Origin: a virus
Lineage: Duplodnaviria > Caudoviricetes
DNA length: 64,000 nt
IMG/VR virus record: IMGVR_UViG_3300043821_000026
Location: 74,503 to 138,502 of that record
Reading direction: 5' to 3' (one strand)
Below the pieces are notes generated by a model. The model was not told the DNA's origin. It did not search any database and worked only from the letters and a program-made list of their open reading frames with translations. Every line of letters begins with the position of its first letter. Positions within the stretch are counted from its first letter, which is position 1. The position numbers and the translations under genes are program-made. Shown here piece after piece: positions 30,572-42,520 of the stretch.

Positions 30572-32130
30572 ATTTTTTTACCTCCAGTTAATATTATGTC
30601 TTCCATTATATAAATAGTTTCATTTTTTTTAATCATCTTTAGATAAAATTATATCAATAAGATTACTTTTATCTTTAAATGCTTCAATAAAATGTATAAA
30701 TTCTTCCCCATCTTCTGGTGCTAACTTAAATAATTCTAAATTATTATTATTTTCTAAAGCTATAGCTATACTCTCTAAAGCATTACAAATTTGTATTTGC
30801 ATTTTTGTATTCGCATTAATTTGTTGAGCAATCATAACTAAATCTTCATGATATTTATCTGTATACTCACTAAAAATTTTAAATTCATCTGAATACATTA
30901 TATTCCTCCGTTTCAATTTTTTGTAAATTTTCTGTTAATTTTAATTTAACTGGTAAATGATTTTCTTTTATAATATTTCTTGCTTGTTTAATTAAATATA
31001 TAATCTTATCCTTATTTTCTTTAATATTTTTTCGACCATTAAATATATTTAACGCCTCTGTTATTTTATATAATTCTAACAAAGGGTCTACATTTTTTGC
31101 ATAATAAATACATTGAGAGAAATAAGGACAATCAATATTATCTTTTGAATTATTAATATCATCTAAAATCAAATGATATATTTCGTCCTCTTCAAATTTA
31201 CAAACAAGTATAGGTTCATGATATTCCATTTTACAACCAAGATTATTACATTCAAAACAATCTAAAAACTTCATTTTTTTCATTAATCCACCTCATAATA
31301 ATCGGGACATTCTTCTCCTCTTAAATCATGACACATACATTTAGGACAATGTTCATCATCATACTTATCATTGTACCCATAATATTTTTCTTCTATATCA
31401 CACATAAAAACAACAACTTCTGTATCAAATAACATTTTACGTTGAGTATAATAGTGTACACAATTTACGCAATACATTTTAATCACTTGTAGAATGTTCA
31501 ATAAATGTTTTTAATGGACAGATATCAATAATATCTACATTTCCATTTTCATTAATATCTGAATCATTAAAAACTGTTTCTGTTTTTGTACAAAAGAAAA
31601 AAGTTTGTGGATATTCTACTCTATGACAATATGGACATTCGTCACAATATCTAACTACTTGATATATTATTCTATTCATAATCACACCATAATGGTTTAC
31701 CATTTTTTAATTCTGTATTAAAATTAATACCTTTATTTTTTTTATTACATTTTTGTACGAATTGATATTTTCTAGAATTTATTTTAACCACACCATTTTC
31801 AAAATATGGACATTTTGAACAACCATGAAACTTTATTGTTATAATTGTTCCACAAACACCCATACCTGAAGATGTAAAGTCTTGAGGTCTTTCCATTTAA
31901 TCATCTTCGTTAATTGATTTTTTATACTCTTCCATTGTTATAAATTCATCCATCTTTAATTGTCCTTTATCATCAAAACAAGATTCTACTCTTGCTTTAG
32001 GACACCATTCAGGACAATCAGATTCTTTTAATTCAAATATCTCATCAAATAAAAGACAAAAATCTCTAACAGTACCTGATGCTAATACTAACTGGTCATA
32101 ATCTTCACAATTTACACATTTTCTAGTCAT

Positions 32131-32514
32131 TTAATCACCTTTATCATAATTTTGTTTTCTGTATAAGTCTGAAAAAGAGGGTAAGTTTGTTTTTAATATA
32201 GGATATCCTAATTTTGATATAAGTTCGTCAAGCTCGATTAATACATTAAAATCTGTTAGTATTTTATATTCATCAAAATTTTTTATTGGTAGATTAAATT
32301 TGACTTCTACTAAAATATCCCAATCTAATCTAAACGGTGCTTCCGTAGATTTAACAGTATATGTAACATATATATTAAATCTTGTATCTGAAATTTTTTT
32401 ACTCTTTATTTTAATATTAGTAGTAACATTAATTGTATTGTTATCTTTCATTAAGTATGAAAATTGTATAAAATTTATTCTTTCTGTTAATATTTCAAAA
32501 TCCATTATCTCCAC
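32131..32514 (-). CDS. Possible SecB-like protein
   Basis: Size, alternating beta pattern, PFRL..., C-terminal LPSF. Confidence 0.35.
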   Translation of the reverse strand: MEIMDFEILTERINFIQFSYLMKDNNTINVTTNIKIKSKKISDTRFNIYVTYTVKSTEAPFRLDWDILVEVKFNLPIKNFDEYKILTDFNVLIELDELISKLGYPILKTNLPSFSDLYRKQNYDKGD

Positions 32515-32542
32515 AATCCATTATTACTTTTTTTATTAAATT

Positions 32543-32923
32543 TTATATATTATTTATTAAAATTCTTAATTGTTCTAATATTTGTTGTAATGAATTATTA
32601 ATATTTATTAATTGTTGATTATCTCCTGTTGGTATAATATTAATATTATTAGTTGTTATATTGGGACTGGTTGGAGCTGATGCAAATTGTCCAGCAGATA
32701 AACCCATAATAGCAAGACATATAATTCCTAAAATACATATTATTACTAATATTGCAACTAAATATTTACCAACATTTGATTGCTTTTCATACTTATATAT
32801 ATTATTTTGTGGATAACCTCTAAGTACTCCTCCACAATTTTTACATACATATCTTCTACCAATAAGTTCATTTATTTCATTAATACACCCACAATAAGGA
32901 CACACTATATGTCTTTCTTCCAT
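32543..32923 (-). CDS. Zn-ribbon plus single-TM membrane protein
   Basis: CPYCG...CKNCG followed by a long hydrophobic helix. Confidence 0.65.
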   Translation of the reverse strand: MEERHIVCPYCGCINEINELIGRRYVCKNCGGVLRGYPQNNIYKYEKQSNVGKYLVAILVIICILGIICLAIMGLSAGQFASAPTSPNITTNNINIIPTGDNQQLININNSLQQILEQLRILINNI

Positions 32924-33815
32924 TATTCCACCTCATCAAATACTACATCTATAATTTTCTCAACACTATATATAATCTCTAAAGCATTATTATATATAAA
33001 TTCTTGGTCATAAGTTAATTTCTTTTTAGAAAGTATATTAATCTTATCTTCTAATGTGAAACCCATATTAATCGCCTCTTAGTGAACACCATTTTGGTTT
33101 TGGAGCTTTTTTTAAATCAAAATTAATTTTTCTATCTATTTTACAAATCTCTTTATCTGATTTACAACAAAAAGCATATATATCCCCGTCTATCAAACCA
33201 ATTGATAAATACTCACAATCATCACAAGCTTCGTAATCTATATCTAAGGGACATTGTGATGGAGGGCATAATTTATTACATAATTCACAATAACCCTCTG
33301 TATTATCTATTTCGATTAATGAGTCGCAACCAAAACATTTTTCACCAACACAGTCCTTATATGTATGTTTAACAATTTGTATTTCATCAAAATCGGATAA
33401 ATCGATTGCATCTTGACCCCATCTATTCATTATCCAATCAAGAATATCATACATATTTTTCCCATTCATTTGTCGATATGCTCCAATATCTTCACCTCTT
33501 TTAGAAACTGAAACTCCATAGGAATATTGTTTAATTTCTTTTATATAATCTTTACATTCAGATATTGATACATTATCATGTTCCTTTTGGCAACATAATT
33601 TTGGGTCATGAATATCGGAACTGTCCCATTTTGCGTATTTACATGAATAGCATTTTATATAAAACTTCATATAATACTTCCAAAATACTCATTTAACACT
33701 TAAATAATAGTATTACTATTATCATATTTAAATATTTTTATAATTTAAATCATATACTAAAAATATTTATTATTACATTACACTAAAATAATTGTGTGAT
33801 GTATTCTGTTTGTTA

Positions 33816-34970
33816 TTATTTTAGAATTTGTTGATTGTATTCTTTTTTTGAGTTAGTAGTTATATTGTTTTCTTCATCATTATCTAAAAATGTATATTTG
33901 GCTATTATTTCATTATTATTTTTATTTATTTCTGTTATTAATGATAATGTTAGTTCTTGTTCTTGTTTGGTTATTATAGGGAAATTATATTTATTTGATT
34001 GGTGTTTGAATGTTTTTTCTTTTTGTCTTTCCTTTACAAAGTTTATATGTTTTTTTAGTCTGTTTTTTGTATATTCATTTGAATCATTTTTTGTTTTTAA
34101 AATATCTTCTATAATAAATTCTTTAAAATTTTCATCAATTTCATAACCTATGGAGTTTCTTTGACTTGCAATTGCAGCAATTGTTGTTGTTCCTGTTCCT
34201 AAGAATGGGTCTAATACGGTGTCTCCTTTAACGGAGTACATGTTGATTAATCGGTATGCTAATTCGAAAGGATATGCACCGTTTCTATCTCTTAATTTGT
34301 CATTTTTTAATTTTTGGGAGGTTCCTTTAACATCTTCCCAAATATCTGAGAACCATTTGTTTCTTTCTTCCCAGAAAAAAGCACTTTCATGGCGATTATT
34401 TTTTTCTTCTTCGTTTTTAAATAGTCGGTTTCCTGTTTTTCTGAATATTAATATGTATTCATGTTCAAGGGTTACATATGCATTTGGAGGTAACATTCCT
34501 GAACCCATGAATTTGTTGGGTTTGTTGCTTTGTTTTCTCCATAGAATGCAGGGTAAAACTTGGTAATTCATTTTTTCAAAGTAATTTAAAATTTTTGAAT
34601 GGTTTGAGTATAGTTGAAAAATTTTTCCTATTTTTCGTGTTGCATCGCCTATGTTAATACAGACTATTCCGTTAGGTTTTAATACTCTATCTATTTCATC
34701 CCATACTTTATTTAATTCTTTGTGCATTAAATTATATGCTTTTATTCTATCTTCATTTTTAAGAGCTTTACCTATTTCATTATTTAATTGGGTGAATGTT
34801 TCATCCCACATTTCAATCATGGGGTATGGGGGAGAAGTAACTATTAAATTCACGGATTCATTAGTTACATCAATCATATTCTGAGAGTTTCCTATATTAA
34901 TTAAGTGTTTAGTGTTCATGATATTTTTTTCCTTATAATACATTTGTTTTACTTTTTCTTCGGTATTCAT
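33816..34970 (-). CDS. Beta-class amino-DNA methyltransferase (probably m4C), orphan
   Basis: VTSPPY precedes VLDPFLGTGTT and GYEID. Confidence 0.92.
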   Translation of the reverse strand: MNTEEKVKQMYYKEKNIMNTKHLINIGNSQNMIDVTNESVNLIVTSPPYPMIEMWDETFTQLNNEIGKALKNEDRIKAYNLMHKELNKVWDEIDRVLKPNGIVCINIGDATRKIGKIFQLYSNHSKILNYFEKMNYQVLPCILWRKQSNKPNKFMGSGMLPPNAYVTLEHEYILIFRKTGNRLFKNEEEKNNRHESAFFWEERNKWFSDIWEDVKGTSQKLKNDKLRDRNGAYPFELAYRLINMYSVKGDTVLDPFLGTGTTTIAAIASQRNSIGYEIDENFKEFIIEDILKTKNDSNEYTKNRLKKHINFVKERQKEKTFKHQSNKYNFPIITKQEQELTLSLITEINKNNNEIIAKYTFLDNDEENNITTNSKKEYNQQILK

Positions 34971-35980
34971 AATATCATCTCTCTTGTGTAATTTTTAATA
35001 ATATATCCATATATGCTACTGCTTTTGTTTGTTCTCTAACATCTTTTTCATTTTTCAATTCAGTTATTTTATCTTCATAATATCGCTTTAATGATTGTAA
35101 ACTAATATGGTTCATCCAACACATATAACAATTGTTATCGCTATCTAAACTATCTTCCAATGGACACCATAATGGAAATCCTGATACATAATCTTGTGTA
35201 GCAACTGAAACTCCTTTACTATCTAAATCTGCATTTACAGGAATGTGCATTGTTAAAGCACATCTTATAGGATTAGCAGATTCTTTATATAATCTATGGT
35301 ATGGACAACCCTTACAACTATCAAATTCTATATCTATTTTCTTATACATTTTTTCACTCTATCTTAAAGTTTTATAATCACAATGTGCTTTAAATGGTGG
35401 TAGTTCATCATTTTGAATACCTATAGCTTTACATTTTTGATTATATCTTAATCCAACTACATCAATTGTTTCTTTAAAATATTTACAATTTTCACATAAT
35501 AATAATGGTATTTCTAATATAGCTTTTAAAATTTCTTCTATCTGATTAACTCTTTCTAATTCAAGATATTTTTGCATTTTAAATGATGCTAATAAAATCT
35601 TACCATCACGATTTGTTGATAATTTATTAATCTTTTTTTCTGTATTATTAAGTGTATTGATGGTATAGTTTTTGCACTCAATACTACTTATTAACATTTT
35701 AAAGACCTCATTTTCATCTATCATTATAGCACCTTATCTAAATATTCCATAACTTCCTTATCATTCACTAATGTGCAGGTAAATGGTATACCATCACTTA
35801 CTCCAGTTTGTAAAAAATTATCATAAAAATCTTCAAGCTTATCTTTATCGTCTTTACATCTTCTTATATCATAATAATAACTTCCCTCTTTACAGAAAAA
35901 TAATATAGGTGTATTACCATCATTATAACATCTATAATATGGACATTCCATGCAGGAATTAATTACAATTTTTTTATATA

Positions 35981-36475
35981 TCATTCACATTTCTCCTTTA
36001 TTTTCTTATATAAGTCCTCTCTATAGTCACAATCAATTCTATCTTTATTAATAATTCTATTTATATTAGTACCAACACTACAATATAGATTATTATTTGG
36101 CACTATTCTATGTATATATGCAAAACGATTATAAGTACCCATGCTACAATATAGATTATTATTATCATAGAAATAAGTAGAATAAGGACATTTTTTACAA
36201 TTTGGGAATTTGTGATAAAAATAATCTCCCCAAACAATAAACAACATCATGCTTATATCTGTAGATTTACGAATTTCTATAATTCTTTTCTTAGAATGAC
36301 ATTTTTGGGCAATATATTCTTGAGTAAAAGCTCTTCCCATAAAATCAATATTTTTAAAATCTAAGACAACTTCATCATCTTCTGCTGAATTTATTTTATC
36401 TCTAAATAAATTTTTAGCAGATGAATTCATTCCTAAATTAGAACTAATTTCATTAACTAATGATATGTATAACAT
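35981..36475 (-). CDS. STAS-like DUF4325 domain fused to the four-Cys domain
   Basis: VVLDFKNIDFMGRAFTQEY, then CKKCPY; internal repeat NNNLYCS.GT twice. Confidence 0.7.
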   Translation of the reverse strand: MLYISLVNEISSNLGMNSSAKNLFRDKINSAEDDEVVLDFKNIDFMGRAFTQEYIAQKCHSKKRIIEIRKSTDISMMLFIVWGDYFYHKFPNCKKCPYSTYFYDNNNLYCSMGTYNRFAYIHRIVPNNNLYCSVGTNINRIINKDRIDCDYREDLYKKIKEKCE

Positions 36476-36751
36476 TATAACCTCCCTACTGGTTTATGTA
36501 GATGAATATTTAAGTATATATATGGATATTTGATATAATTATCTGAAAAAAATTGAATTTTATTCCATAATTCATTAAATTCTAAATCAGTTTCAAGTCC
36601 TCTATATTGATAATTATGTAAAGTGATTGTTAAAGTAGGATAATATCCTTTTTTACATTCACTATCAATAAACCAATCATTATACTCGAAAGCTAAATTA
36701 TCCATTAATGTATAAGCCATATTCATATAGACATCTACATAACTCATAGTA

Positions 36752-37623
36752 TCATAATAGTTTTTTTAATAATTGAGTATTTTGCTCCATAATAACTGTA
36801 TTTTGTTGCATAAGAATATCATTTCGCTTTTTCTCTTGCATTAAATCTTCTCGCATAGCATTATATGATTCTTTCATTTCATTATGTTTACGAGCTACAT
36901 TATCTGCATCTGTCGCAAAACTATCTGCTAACTTTTCCCATTCTTTTTCCCAATATTTAGCGTGTTTTAATTGGTCTTCAATTGAAGAATGAGTAGTTAT
37001 TTGTATATTTTCAGGTGGTATATTGCATTCTTTATCAATACAATCACAAGTTTGTTCATCCCTTATATTTCGTAACTGTACGAACATTTCATCAAGTTTA
37101 TCTTGAGGTATTTCTTCCATAAAAATTTTATTTGTATCATTAACATTAATCATATTATTAGTTCTTTCGTTAAGGTTAATCATATGTGCAGGTTCGCCAT
37201 CATAACAATTACATTGCTTTTTATTATTTAATATATCGTTAATAAACTTACTTGCAGGACTTTCTTTCATAAATTGTGGATATTTTTCTTCTTTCATTTT
37301 TTCACCATCATAATATTTACATTCATCAACTGTTCCACATAGGAAACTATCTATTTCATCGGTTACATCTCCATAGCCAACATAATCAGGATAACTACAT
37401 ATTTCATTCCTTTCCTGTTTCTTGATATTTGCAACCATTACAGTTATTATTACATTCAAAATCTTGTAGTGGACATGAATTAATATATTTATTTGTTAAA
37501 TAAGGAATTTTTTCATCTGTTATGCTACAGACACCCTCACCACCGATTACACTATCTCCCTTCATCGTAGTAATAATCACATTCACTACAGTAATGTATA
37601 ATTTTACATTCTTTTTTTACCAT
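36752..37623 (-). pseudogene. Four-Cys repeat plus coiled-coil protein broken by two apparent +1 frameshifts
   Basis: The Cys motifs continue across frame changes near 37560 and 37410. Confidence 0.55.
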
Positions 37624-39011
37624 TTTAACCCCATAATACACAGCTAATATAATCTTTTTTACCCTTACTAGTACATTTTAATATCTTTTCTTGTGCCATA
37701 TCTTCACACCATTCTAAATATTCATCTAAATCTGCACCTGAACCTCGAAATGCGTCAATATCTAAATGAATTAATTCATCAAATGTATAAAATAATATGT
37801 GTTTTTCTATAAAGTCTTCCAAATCATTAGAACTATTTTCATATTCACCAAATACTTCTAAAATTTTTTTTGCATCTCTTTCATTTACATCTAATTTATT
37901 CATGGTGTACTCAACACCATTCATTGTTCCTACTTTTAAATTCACCATATTTTCACCTCATATTGTATATAAAAATATCATTATATTTATAACTAATGAT
38001 ATAAATAATGCAGATACTAAGTAAGTATAAACTTTATCATATTTTTTAAATGGACAATTTTCATTTAATGAATGATAATCATATAATACTGCTTCTAGTT
38101 CAGTACATATAAAAGTTCTCTCATTATGGTTCTTTGATTTACAATTTGGACATTCATCACATTTATATATATTAACTTTAACCATCATTTTCCCCCAACT
38201 TATTACCAACTAAACCTAACTCTTTTCTAACACACATTTTAACAAATTCTGTTTGATTGACATTATCTTTTTTAATTCTTTCTTTAAGTTTTTGATATTC
38301 TTCATCATTAACAAAACAGGTTAATGGATTTGTTGGTCTATGTTTTGAGCAATACATTGATAAACCATTTCCTTTATAAATTTTACAACCACATACTATA
38401 CATTCATTTATCATTTCATCACCTTCATTAATATTATCTAAAGGACAGAAATTTGGAAAACTATTTCTATCCTTAATCTTTTTTTGATTTAAATCACATA
38501 CATATTGATTTCCATCATATAAAACCTCATACATACAGTCAATACAACCATGTTCTATTATTTCAGTCATTATCTTCATCTATTACACTCTCCAAAGGGC
38601 ATGAGTCAGGAAAATCTTTATTATTATATGCTATTTCTTCATAAACAAATTTTCCCGTTTTCATACACTCTCCACAATTTCCATCATACCAAAGACAATA
38701 GAAACATTTTTCAATCAATTCATCAACAAAAAATCGTCGCATTTATATACTACCTCTTTTGCCTAATCTTTATACATTACTGAAAAATATAAAATATTAT
38801 CTATGGGAATAATATATTTCTTTTGATATTTAATATCGGAATATTCGTTCGGCTTCTTTGAAATCATTATATTATCTACATCAAAAAGACCAACATCATC
38901 TTCAAGTTCAATTTTAATTGCTCTATTATCAATGCAGAAAATAGTGATACTATCTGCAACTTCAGTTTTTCTAAAATATTGAATATCTTTTAAATTAATC
39001 ATTTAATCACC

Positions 39012-39503
39012 TCATATTGCTATTGGATAAATTGGTAAAGGACACCATTCAGGTACTTCATTATATGGATTTTCAATATGAGAAGTTTCCTTTGTTGCTA
39101 TACAATCCATATAATTAGAATGTTCGTTTAAAAAACAACATTGACTACAATGAGATACTGGCATCATTCTTTTTGGTTTATCAAAATCTACTCCTTCTTT
39201 TTTTAATGCTTCAATTAATACATATCGTACTAATTCTGTTTTTTTTAATTTTACCCCATTATATTTTTGAATATTATCTAAAATAATCCATCTATAATAT
39301 GGGACTCTAAGTGTATATTGGGTTCGACCTCTTAAATACTGCATTTTAGGAGTATCTGTGATATAGTTTTCTTTAATATAATTAAAGATTATTTTATTAA
39401 GATAACTATGTTTTGTCATTCCTTCTTCTTCTGCCTTCTTTTCAATAACTTTCATCTCTTGATTAGAAAGCATTACACCGATAGTTATATATCTTCTTTG
39501 CAT
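39012..39503 (-). CDS. Ribbon-helix-helix-like regulator fused to the four-Cys domain
   Basis: ITIGVMLS..E...IEKKAEEEGMTKHSYL; C-terminal CSQC...C...PEWCPL. Confidence 0.65.
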   Translation of the reverse strand: MQRRYITIGVMLSNQEMKVIEKKAEEEGMTKHSYLNKIIFNYIKENYITDTPKMQYLRGRTQYTLRVPYYRWIILDNIQKYNGVKLKKTELVRYVLIEALKKEGVDFDKPKRMMPVSHCSQCCFLNEHSNYMDCIATKETSHIENPYNEVPEWCPLPIYPIAI

Positions 39504-40029
39504 AAAATCACCTCTATATATACTATTCTTTTAATACTATATAAATGTATTGATTATTCTTTTATCCATATTTCGTCTTGCAACATTAAAATAAAACCAT
39601 TCATAACATGAAATTCTTTATAGCTGTATCCATGTTCCTCCATATAATTTAATGCTAATTTTCCTTCTTTAAAGAATGGATATAATCTATCACTTTCACC
39701 AATCTCTAACCCATCGAAAATTTTTTTTCGCACTCTCTAATATTTTACTAAATACTTCAGGATTTTGAAGTTTATCTTCACTAATCATTTCATCACCTCG
39801 TCATAATTTATCATGATTAATCATGATAGTAGGCATACACAGTCCTTATACCCTACCCACCCCCTCTACTTTATTTTATATTTTATATTCTACCATAATG
39901 TTATATTAACTATGTCTTTTTTTATATAAAATAATTGAATATATAGTATATAGAGTATTATATAATCTTTATTTAGATAGAAAAACAACTAAATTATAAA
40001 GATTGATATATTACTATTATAGAATATAT

Positions 40030-40262
40030 TTTTTTGTTTTTTAAGGAAGCTCATAGGTTTTCGTTTTGTGCCTTTCGAGTTTTTTTTGGACTTTTTATGC
40101 CTGTTACTGCCTTTTTTGGGGCTTTTTTGTGTCTTCCATTTTTTCACTTTGTGTCTATTTTTTCGATATTTTTGTGGGACACTCAATTTTTTTGTGAAAT
40201 TTCTTAAAATTTTTTTTCAAGGCACACTTTTTTTTTAGATTTTGTGACTTTTTGTGCCTTTC
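40030..40262. repeat. T-tract array with repeated TTTGTG
   Basis: About seven TTTGTG units separated by T runs, with extreme strand skew. Confidence 0.6.
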
Positions 40263-40625
40263 TTATGTCTTTTAATTCTCCTGTCCTTAATATCCAAAAT
40301 ATTTTCCTTATTTTCCCCTTTAGTATATTACTGTATTGATTATTTAAAAGAAAGAAGCAAAGAAAAAGAAGTCTTGTTGGATAATGAAGTCAAGGTTTTT
40401 CCTCTTATTTTAGGTAAGCCTAAAAATTTTTTTTGATATTATTTTTATAGTACTTTTTTTAGGTGTTCATGTGGTGTGCATGAAGTTGGTCACCCTATAA
40501 TTCTTAAAGGTAGGTACGATAATTTTAATACTTTATGGCAGAAGTGGTCATTTAATCGTACCTCCCTATAAGCATATTATGGTGTTCATTTCTTATCTTT
40601 TTTATGAACACCTTGCTCTATATGA

Positions 40626-40646
40626 AAATGGGACAATGTCCCATTT
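40626..40646. promoter_or_regulatory. Perfect inverted repeat AAATGGGACA-A-TGTCCCATTT (putative protein-binding site)
   Basis: 10-bp arms; the half-site TGGGACA clusters at 40.2-42.1 kb and 58.0-59.0 kb. Confidence 0.6.
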
Positions 40647-42115
40647 CGCTTATTCCTTTAAGTCTTCATTTATTTTTAAAAGCATATCTTTTCTTTTTTG
40701 TAGAAGATTTATTGCACCATTGATATAGATATTATATGCTTTCTTATCTTCATCATTAGCATAAAAATCATATAATTGACATAAGCTTTCTTTTCTGTAT
40801 AATTCTGATAATGTTTTGTTAAGCTCTTTTATTTCTTTATCAATATATGGAGTCCAACCCTCCATATCACCATCCATAAAACTTAATCTATCTCTTCCCT
40901 CATATGGGTCATATGCAGGAGTATTAAATTCATAACTATTAACTACCATTTGATTTAATTCTTTAAAATTCATATTTTCACCTCTATATTTAATAACTTG
41001 CATAAATGATATAAATCTTATCATATAATATATTTTCTGTCTGCCAACCAATGCAGATATAAAGATATTTCCAAAGCTCTAAAAGGTCGTCAGGATTTGA
41101 CATATCTTTAAGATAATTTTGTTCCTGTGCCACTTTTTCGTATTTCTTCATGAGCTTTTCCATATCTTCAACTGAATATATCTTTACATATTTATCAAAG
41201 AACTCATTAATATCATCTGTGTAGGAGCTATAGTTCAATCCATATAGGATTTTCGCCATATCCTTATCTTCGAGCATATATTTATTTTGTAATTTATTTA
41301 TTTCTCTAAGTGTTTCTTTTTGGACATTGTCGGACAGGACACAGTTTGGGTGGATTTGCCACTTATCAATCATATCTTCAATCTCATTGATATTTCTATC
41401 AACTAATTTATTTTTTAGTCCAAATACTCTTTTTTTACATTCTATAAAATCACCAAACATAGCATTATCATATTCTTGATTAAAATATGGACAATCACGA
41501 CAACTATGTACTGTGATAATCTTCTCTACTTTCATTATCTTTCACCTCTTTTTGGACACCATTTTTGCTCTCGGTATACATTTTCTATTTCTTTATCATT
41601 TTCTGCACAAATACATTCAAATGGTAAGTATTTAGGTACATCAATATTTGCTTCATCATCATTCAAACTGGGACAGTCGATACATTTCATTATCTTCACC
41701 TACATTAATTTTTGTTGTTCATTTAAGTACTCAGATATACTATCTTTTACTTCTATTTGGCAAAATTTTGCTTGTACATTTGGTAATCGGCTTTCTGTGA
41801 TATTATCTGCAATTTCTTCACATACTTCAATTGCTTTCTTACCACTCTTTTCTTTAATATTAAGCTTAATGATAGCTTCATATTCTCCCATATTATCACT
41901 TCTTTATTTTGTTGTAAAACTTTTCGATATCTTCTAATGCACATAAGTATCCGAATGCTCTATCGTATTCATCAACTTCTCTATCTCCGTATAAGGGCGC
42001 TAACTTCTCTACCTTTTTATTAAATTCCTTTTGCTTATCTTTAAGATAATCTATTAGTTCTTTATCACTATCTACCATGTTATCACCTAAAAAGTGGGAC
42101 ACTTTTTTGCCGTTA

Positions 42116-42520
42116 TTAATACATTGGATTATCAATATCCCATTCTAAATCTTCATCTTCTGTTTCTTTTTCTATTTTCTGATATTTATCAGAGCTTAAT
42201 ACCTTTTGGAGGAATGCAATGATTTCGATATCTTCAAAGTTATTAATTTCGCAACTTTGATACATATAACTATGACAGGTTCTGATTTTTTGTCCTTCAG
42301 ATACTGTCATCGGAGTATAACAATTGTTATATCCTGCATTTATCCAATCATATCCTATATCGCCATATCGTGCAATTAAACTTGCAAGATTGATAGCTAA
42401 TAATTCTGCAAACATTTCATTATCGGATATTTTATTATCCTTATAATGATTTTCTCTTAATACATCTACTACTATACTAATTCCTTTATTTCCTGTTAAC
42501 CAAGCACTCATATTATTCAT
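42116..42520 (-). CDS. Conserved phage-type hypothetical protein
   Basis: MSAW...N..SL.ARY...Y.YQSCE pattern. Confidence 0.55.
   Translation of the reverse strand: MNNMSAWLTGNKGISIVVDVLRENHYKDNKISDNEMFAELLAINLASLIARYGDIGYDWINAGYNNCYTPMTVSEGQKIRTCHSYMYQSCEINNFEDIEIIAFLQKVLSSDKYQKIEKETEDEDLEWDIDNPMY

Noticed and set aside
39989-40436. ORFs 39989-40186 and 40254-40436 as genes
   Set aside because: Their low-complexity Lys- or Phe/Leu-rich translations arise from T tracts, and they have no convincing RBS.
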